This document shows, piece by piece, positions 45,347-50,031 of a stretch of 50,031 nucleotides of DNA. The stretch comes from a virus (taxonomy: Duplodnaviria > Caudoviricetes). The DNA is taken from positions 1-50,031 of IMG/VR virus record IMGVR_UViG_3300017985_000024, one strand, 5' to 3'. Position numbers and translations under genes: made by a program. Each line of letters starts with the position of its first letter. Within the stretch, counting starts at the first letter, position 1. The notes under the pieces were generated by a model, which worked only from the letters and a program-made list of their open reading frames with translations, was not told the origin of the DNA and searched no databases.

Positions 45347-46594
45347 CTAGTCCAGACCCAACTCAGAGAGCAGGGCGGTATGTGCGCCAGCCTGCGAGGG
45401 CTGACCCTTATCGCCATCGTCGTCACTGTCGGCCTCAACCAGCAGCGAGGGGCCAAGGCCCTGCACGCCGCGACCGGTGACCGACGACAACTCCGCACGC
45501 TTCTCCTTGATGGACTCGGTAAGCGCCTCACGAAGGTCGTCGGCACCACCATCAAAGTCCTGAAGAGTCTTGCGAATGGCCTGCTGCGAGAGCGCGGGAA
45601 GACCCGACTCCGCAAGAACATCGTGTGCAATCAGGCGGTTCTCACGAACACGCTCACGCGCCTCGTACTTCGCCTCAATTGCCTGCGCGGCCTCAAGCAC
45701 AATCTGCTTCACCTCGTCATAGGTGAAGTAGTCGCTCTCAGCAACGCCAACCAGTTCCGGCTCGGGAGCCTCAACGTCGTCGGTGTCCACATCAGAGTCG
45801 CCATGCGGCTCCGTGTCGTCCTCGTCGTCGTGCTCGTCAGCAGGCTCCGGGGCATCGCCCTCGTCAGCCTCCACAGCGACCGGCTCAGTCTCCTGCTCGT
45901 CGTCCTCAGCCTCAATCTCAGCCATAAGCGACGCCTCCAACTCTTCAAGAGTCTTAAAAACGTCTGCCTCAAAGGCATCAATCAAGTCAGGACGGTGCTC
46001 GGCAATGTCCTCCTTGGACAAAGCCTCCCAATCAATAGACACTTCCTCATCCCCCTGTCCATAGTGCGACTCTAGGAAGCCAACAATTCGACCCCCCGCA
46101 CCAGCCTGAGCAACCCAGTCCACTGAGTGGCACTGAGTAATTGACTCAACCATGTGCGCGGGCTTGCCATCAGGTCCAACACCGGGGCGTGTGCGCCCAA
46201 CAGCGTTGATTGAGACCCCGACAAGTTCAGGGTCGTTCTTCACCAAATCCCAGAGCCAAGGGGCGGCAATGCGAACACGCGCCTGAATAGAGCCATTACC
46301 GCTCGGCCCACCATCAGGCTGCCACCACGCCTCCTTAATGCTGCCCGTAAGGTCACGGACAGAGCGAGGAAGGCCCTGCATTTTACGCTCCACCTCCGGT
46401 GAGAGGTGGTCAGCGAACATCTGCGCACCGACAAAAATGTCGGGACTCTGCGAGAGCATCGCTGCCTCATAAAGCCGCCGGTCACGACTGTTACCAAGGC
46501 CAGCCTCAATAACGTCAATCACGACTTCGCGCTTATCCGAATCAGTGGCGACGACACGCGCCGACTCACGGATTTGGTTATGTCCACTGTCCAT
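45347..46594 (-). CDS. Prohead protease fused to acidic scaffold
   Basis: IEAGLGNS...Y, MFADH, RSVRDLTG, VGVSINA, SVDWVAQAGAGG; acidic/coiled-coil C-terminus; ATG at 46594 after GGAG. Confidence 0.85.
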   Translation of the reverse strand: MDSGHNQIRESARVVATDSDKREVVIDVIEAGLGNSRDRRLYEAAMLSQSPDIFVGAQMFADHLSPEVERKMQGLPRSVRDLTGSIKEAWWQPDGGPSGNGSIQARVRIAAPWLWDLVKNDPELVGVSINAVGRTRPGVGPDGKPAHMVESITQCHSVDWVAQAGAGGRIVGFLESHYGQGDEEVSIDWEALSKEDIAEHRPDLIDAFEADVFKTLEELEASLMAEIEAEDDEQETEPVAVEADEGDAPEPADEHDDEDDTEPHGDSDVDTDDVEAPEPELVGVAESDYFTYDEVKQIVLEAAQAIEAKYEARERVRENRLIAHDVLAESGLPALSQQAIRKTLQDFDGGADDLREALTESIKEKRAELSSVTGRGVQGLGPSLLVEADSDDDGDKGQPSQAGAHTALLSELGLD

Positions 46595-46667
46595 ATTCTG
46601 CTCCGCAGTTGTGTTGGTAAGCAGATTTTGCGTTCCAATGGTATATGACATTAAGCATTTACCATAG

Positions 46668-47918
46668 TCATACATTGTCCAAGTTAATGACCTCGTTTAC
46701 CAAGTCGTTAATGAACGACTCACGGGTCTTCTTCTTGGTCGTCTTCTTCTTCTTCGGCTTGGCAATACCCTTCTTGCGAGCCTCGCGGTCGCGGATATCT
46801 GCCATCTTCTTCTTAGTTGCTGCGCTTGGCGGCTGCAACTTGCCGTCCTTGCCAACAACAGAACCCTCGCGGTCCTTGGGTGCGTCAACAGGCCGTGGGC
46901 CGGGGAGCCGCTTCCTCTTTGCGGTGCCCGCAGTACCGGCAGGAAGACGCTTGTCACCAACATTGGTTCGCGGCTGTCCCTGAGAAGCAGCGTCCGAACG
47001 GGTCGGCTTCTTTGCGCCCTTGTTCGGCCCGCCCTTTACGGTGCGAGTGCGGGTAGCACCGGCACCAGCGCCCTTGCCCCCACTCCCCTTCTTAATCGCA
47101 GACTTGTTAGCAATGTCCCTGTCAAGAGCAGACCTTGCCTCTGCAATAAGTTCCTTCAACTCAGCCTGAAGAGCACGCTTCTTCTCAGCGGAAATCTTGC
47201 GCCCGTTAATCTCTTCCTTAAGAGAGTTAACAGTGTTCTTGAACGCTGCGCGAATTTCATTGGGGTCAGTAGAAGAACCGTACTCGTTGGAAAATGCTTC
47301 CAACTTTTTGCTAAGAGCATTCTTAAGGTCTTGGTCACCACCAGCAGAAACCTTGCGACCACTCCAAGCGTTCAGCCCGCTAAACCCACGAATTGAAGCA
47401 CGCTTAGCACGGTCTGCCTTGTCCGCGGCCTTGGATGCGTCAGTAGGCGACTTCGGGTTGGTCGTCTTCGTGTCGCCGGTGCGGTCGGTCCTCTGCGACT
47501 CAGCCTTGGCTGCGTCAGTAATATCGCGCCTGTTCTGACGGTTAGAGCCTTCTCCGCGAGCAGCGCGAGAAATAGCAGAACGAGTCCTACCAGCCTTCTC
47601 TGCGTCAGAGGCAGCGCGACCAGCAGCACCACCTCTGCTCTTGCGAGGGCTTGTACGGGTTTCCGGGCCGCGAGCAGTATCCCTTGCACGGCTCCTGTTT
47701 GCGCCAGCCTTCGCTGCGGCAAGGTCTGCCTTGCGTGCGAACTGACCACCCTTCCCAACAGGTCCGCGCCAGTCTGCCGGATACTGGACCGGCTTCTTGC
47801 GAAGCCCGCTCTTGGCAATCTTCTTAATCTTGCCCTTAGCGATGTACTTGGCTACCCCGCTAAGTCGCCCTTCAAGAATAGGACGAAGAAACTCGTCTAC
47901 GTTGCTTTCGTCAATCAT
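46668..47918 (-). CDS. Highly basic low-complexity protein, putative head-internal protein
   Basis: K/R/A/G-rich core flanked by short acidic termini; directly upstream of the protease. Confidence 0.6.
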   Translation of the reverse strand: MIDESNVDEFLRPILEGRLSGVAKYIAKGKIKKIAKSGLRKKPVQYPADWRGPVGKGGQFARKADLAAAKAGANRSRARDTARGPETRTSPRKSRGGAAGRAASDAEKAGRTRSAISRAARGEGSNRQNRRDITDAAKAESQRTDRTGDTKTTNPKSPTDASKAADKADRAKRASIRGFSGLNAWSGRKVSAGGDQDLKNALSKKLEAFSNEYGSSTDPNEIRAAFKNTVNSLKEEINGRKISAEKKRALQAELKELIAEARSALDRDIANKSAIKKGSGGKGAGAGATRTRTVKGGPNKGAKKPTRSDAASQGQPRTNVGDKRLPAGTAGTAKRKRLPGPRPVDAPKDREGSVVGKDGKLQPPSAATKKKMADIRDREARKKGIAKPKKKKTTKKKTRESFINDLVNEVINLDNV

Positions 47919-48332
47919 TTAAGACTTCTTCTTCCTTTTCTCGTAAGCAGACAAAAGGCGGCGACCCTTTGCGGCCAGTCTCGCGGCATCTTGCCTGTTC
48001 TTCGGAACTGGCTCACCCCACGCAGCAGCAGCAAGAGCAAGCCTGCTCGGCTTTCCGTTAGGACGTACCATAGGACCAGATGGGTTGGTATAAAAGCGTG
48101 TCAGAAATGAACCCTTGCGACGCATCTTCTCTGGGGTGTCCGCAGCACCACGAACACCCGGCTTTAGATTTGCACCCTCGGTCCTCTTGAAGTGTGCGCG
48201 GCCAGCAGCGGTGAGTCCGCCCTTCGGGTCACGCAACACCTTTTTCGACTCATTCATGCTCTCGGCAACGCCAGCAGCAACGCCGCGCTCAAAAGCGTCA
48301 ATGAGATAGTCAGGCAACTCTGGCAACGTCAT
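47919..48332 (-). CDS. DUF6321-like basic domain protein
   Basis: DPKGGLTAAGRAHFKR.EGANLKPGV...RRKGSFLTRF...SRLALA..AW. Confidence 0.65.
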   Translation of the reverse strand: MTLPELPDYLIDAFERGVAAGVAESMNESKKVLRDPKGGLTAAGRAHFKRTEGANLKPGVRGAADTPEKMRRKGSFLTRFYTNPSGPMVRPNGKPSRLALAAAAWGEPVPKNRQDAARLAAKGRRLLSAYEKRKKKS

Positions 48333-48368
48333 ACAAGAAAAGTAACGGTTATTCCTAAGTAACTACAA

Positions 48369-48521
48369 CTACTTCGTGCTCTGCTTCTTTTCTGAAGAAG
48401 CACGTTTTTTTGCTCTAATCTCATCCAGAATCTTCTGCGATTCTGGGTCAAGTTCCCTTTGAACCCTTTTCCCATTGATGACGACTTCATCAAATCTTTC
48501 GGCGGGCCTTATAGGCTTCAT
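48369..48521 (-). CDS. 50-aa hypothetical protein
   Basis: MKPIRPAERFDEVVINGKRVQRELDPESQKILDEIRAKKRASSEKKQSTK*; ATGA overlap with the upstream stop; not in the ORF track. Confidence 0.55.
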   Translation of the reverse strand: MKPIRPAERFDEVVINGKRVQRELDPESQKILDEIRAKKRASSEKKQSTK

Positions 48522-50031
48522 TGCAACCAACCTGCTTCCACAAATAGTTCGTCTAGCGCATCTGCAATCGGAGAAAAGTCATCTGCTGAGCGCCACTGGT
48601 GATTAAAAGCCAGCCCATTTGAGCGCTTTATAAAGGCGGACCTCAAAAACTCTCCCATATCCCCATTAGAGCGGAGAACCGCCCATTGTGCAAAGGCACG
48701 CGCAAACTGTTCTTCTCTCTGTGACCAATATTCTTCGAGGTTATCCGGCGATTGGAAAAGTAGTTCTGCGTACCCTTCACTATTTCTTACTGCACTGAGA
48801 ACCTTTTCTATAGACAAATTCCCAGATTCGGTGAACGGTGAGTGCATCTCCCATCCGTCTTCTGGCTGAAGACCTTCGTAGTCAAGAAAATGCCCAAACT
48901 CGTGGAGAAGAGCGGCCTTACCGTCCTGAACAGACGGAGAAAGAATAATCCCACTTTCAAAATCGTTCGCGCGGTACTTGCCCTGAAACCCACCATCGTC
49001 AACTCTGGCGGAAATACCATACGTCCCAAGAGCAACCTTCGGATTTGTTTGCCCACTATAAGCAGACGGTGGGATGGCAAGACCAAGTTCGTCAAGAATT
49101 CGACCAACTTCTCTTGCGCTTCTGACGTTGATTGCGCCCCTATACTTTCTCCACCCATTTCCGTCAAAAACCAAAATGTCTGAAGGCTTCCAGAGGTCTG
49201 GCGTCCGCGAGATAGCACCACCAGTTCGACCGGGAACCGAATCTGGCGTCGTAGAAGTTGGCGTCCTTCTGCGCTGAGCAGGTGAGGGCCTTGGAGTTTC
49301 CGCTGGCTTTGGTGGCTCGGCGGGACGCGCTGCGGGCTTCGGCGCTGGTGGCTGCTTTGCACGCTCTTCTGCGCGACGCCTCTGCTCTGCGGCACGGATT
49401 CTCCCGCGAGCAGCACGCTCCTTGGCGGACAACTTCCTACCGCCTGCCATCCGGGCCATTACACGGTCACGAAGGGCATCCATGCGCTCCTGAGAACTGC
49501 CGTCCGACTGATATACCGTCGAATCGCTGCGCATCCTCTTGGCACGACGAGCAAGGCGAAGCGAAGATGACATTGACTGGCGCATAGACGTAAGGGCGTT
49601 TACAAACTGCCCTCCACCAGCGCCACCAATATCACGACGGACGGAAACAGACTTCCCACCACGCCGAACTGTTTCAGTTCGGGCTGCACCAGAAGCCTTC
49701 CTACCGACACCAGTAGCGGCCTTTACAGCAGACGCGCCGAACTTCTTCCCAAGCCTATATGCAGAAACCTCACGAAGGGCCTGACCAGACTCGGTCATAT
49801 CGTCACCAAATGCTTCGGTGAACTCTTCCTGCATACGCGGAAGAACATTCTTCTTCATGTAGTCAGTCGTCTTATCGCTCTTCCTTACGAAGTTGAGCGC
49901 ATCAGACGCAACCCTGCGAAGTTGGGTGTTATTGCCAGCGGTCTTGGCGAGCGCAACGGCGCTGTCAAAAGCATCAATGGCGTCAGAAAGACTTCCGCCC
50001 TTCATCTTCTTGGCAGCGTCAGATGCGGAAC
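48518..50031 (-). CDS. Large protein, 5'-truncated, with C-terminal zincin-like/LPD1-type metallopeptidase domain
   Basis: Frame is open to the window edge; ALLHEFGHFLD...YWSQREEQFARAFAQW; basic and Pro-rich linkers. Confidence 0.72.
   Translation of the reverse strand, partial: SASDAAKKMKGGSLSDAIDAFDSAVALAKTAGNNTQLRRVASDALNFVRKSDKTTDYMKKNVLPRMQEEFTEAFGDDMTESGQALREVSAYRLGKKFGASAVKAATGVGRKASGAARTETVRRGGKSVSVRRDIGGAGGGQFVNALTSMRQSMSSSLRLARRAKRMRSDSTVYQSDGSSQERMDALRDRVMARMAGGRKLSAKERAARGRIRAAEQRRRAEERAKQPPAPKPAARPAEPPKPAETPRPSPAQRRRTPTSTTPDSVPGRTGGAISRTPDLWKPSDILVFDGNGWRKYRGAINVRSAREVGRILDELGLAIPPSAYSGQTNPKVALGTYGISARVDDGGFQGKYRANDFESGIILSPSVQDGKAALLHEFGHFLDYEGLQPEDGWEMHSPFTESGNLSIEKVLSAVRNSEGYAELLFQSPDNLEEYWSQREEQFARAFAQWAVLRSNGDMGEFLRSAFIKRSNGLAFNHQWRSADDFSPIADALDELFVEAGWLQ

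Overview
This window is a ~50 kb internal segment of a tailed dsDNA bacteriophage (Caudoviricetes) with a contractile tail; both ends cut through genes. It has two convergent arms. The + arm (1-17011) carries early/middle genes: a tRNA-Leu(CAA), DUF932, ERF annealase, PD-(D/E)XK exonuclease, replication initiator and helicase loader, an Rpf-like secreted transglycosylase and RusA. These are followed by a terminase large subunit split into ATPase and nuclease genes, the portal and a MuF-like gene. The - arm (50031 down to 17061) carries basic putative head-internal proteins, prohead protease/scaffold, Mu-gpT-like major capsid, neck genes, PBSX/Xkd-like sheath, tube, frameshifted chaperone, tape measure and baseplate. 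It continues with a ~10 kb array of tail fibre/adhesin genes and ends in a metallophosphoesterase/RHH module. The short-variable-arm tRNA-Leu(CAA), the Rpf-like gene and AGAAAGGAG-type RBSs suggest an actinobacterial host (inference). No integrase, DNA polymerase, reverse transcriptase, CRISPR array or clear endolysin was seen. All family calls come from motif recognition by eye, not from database searches.
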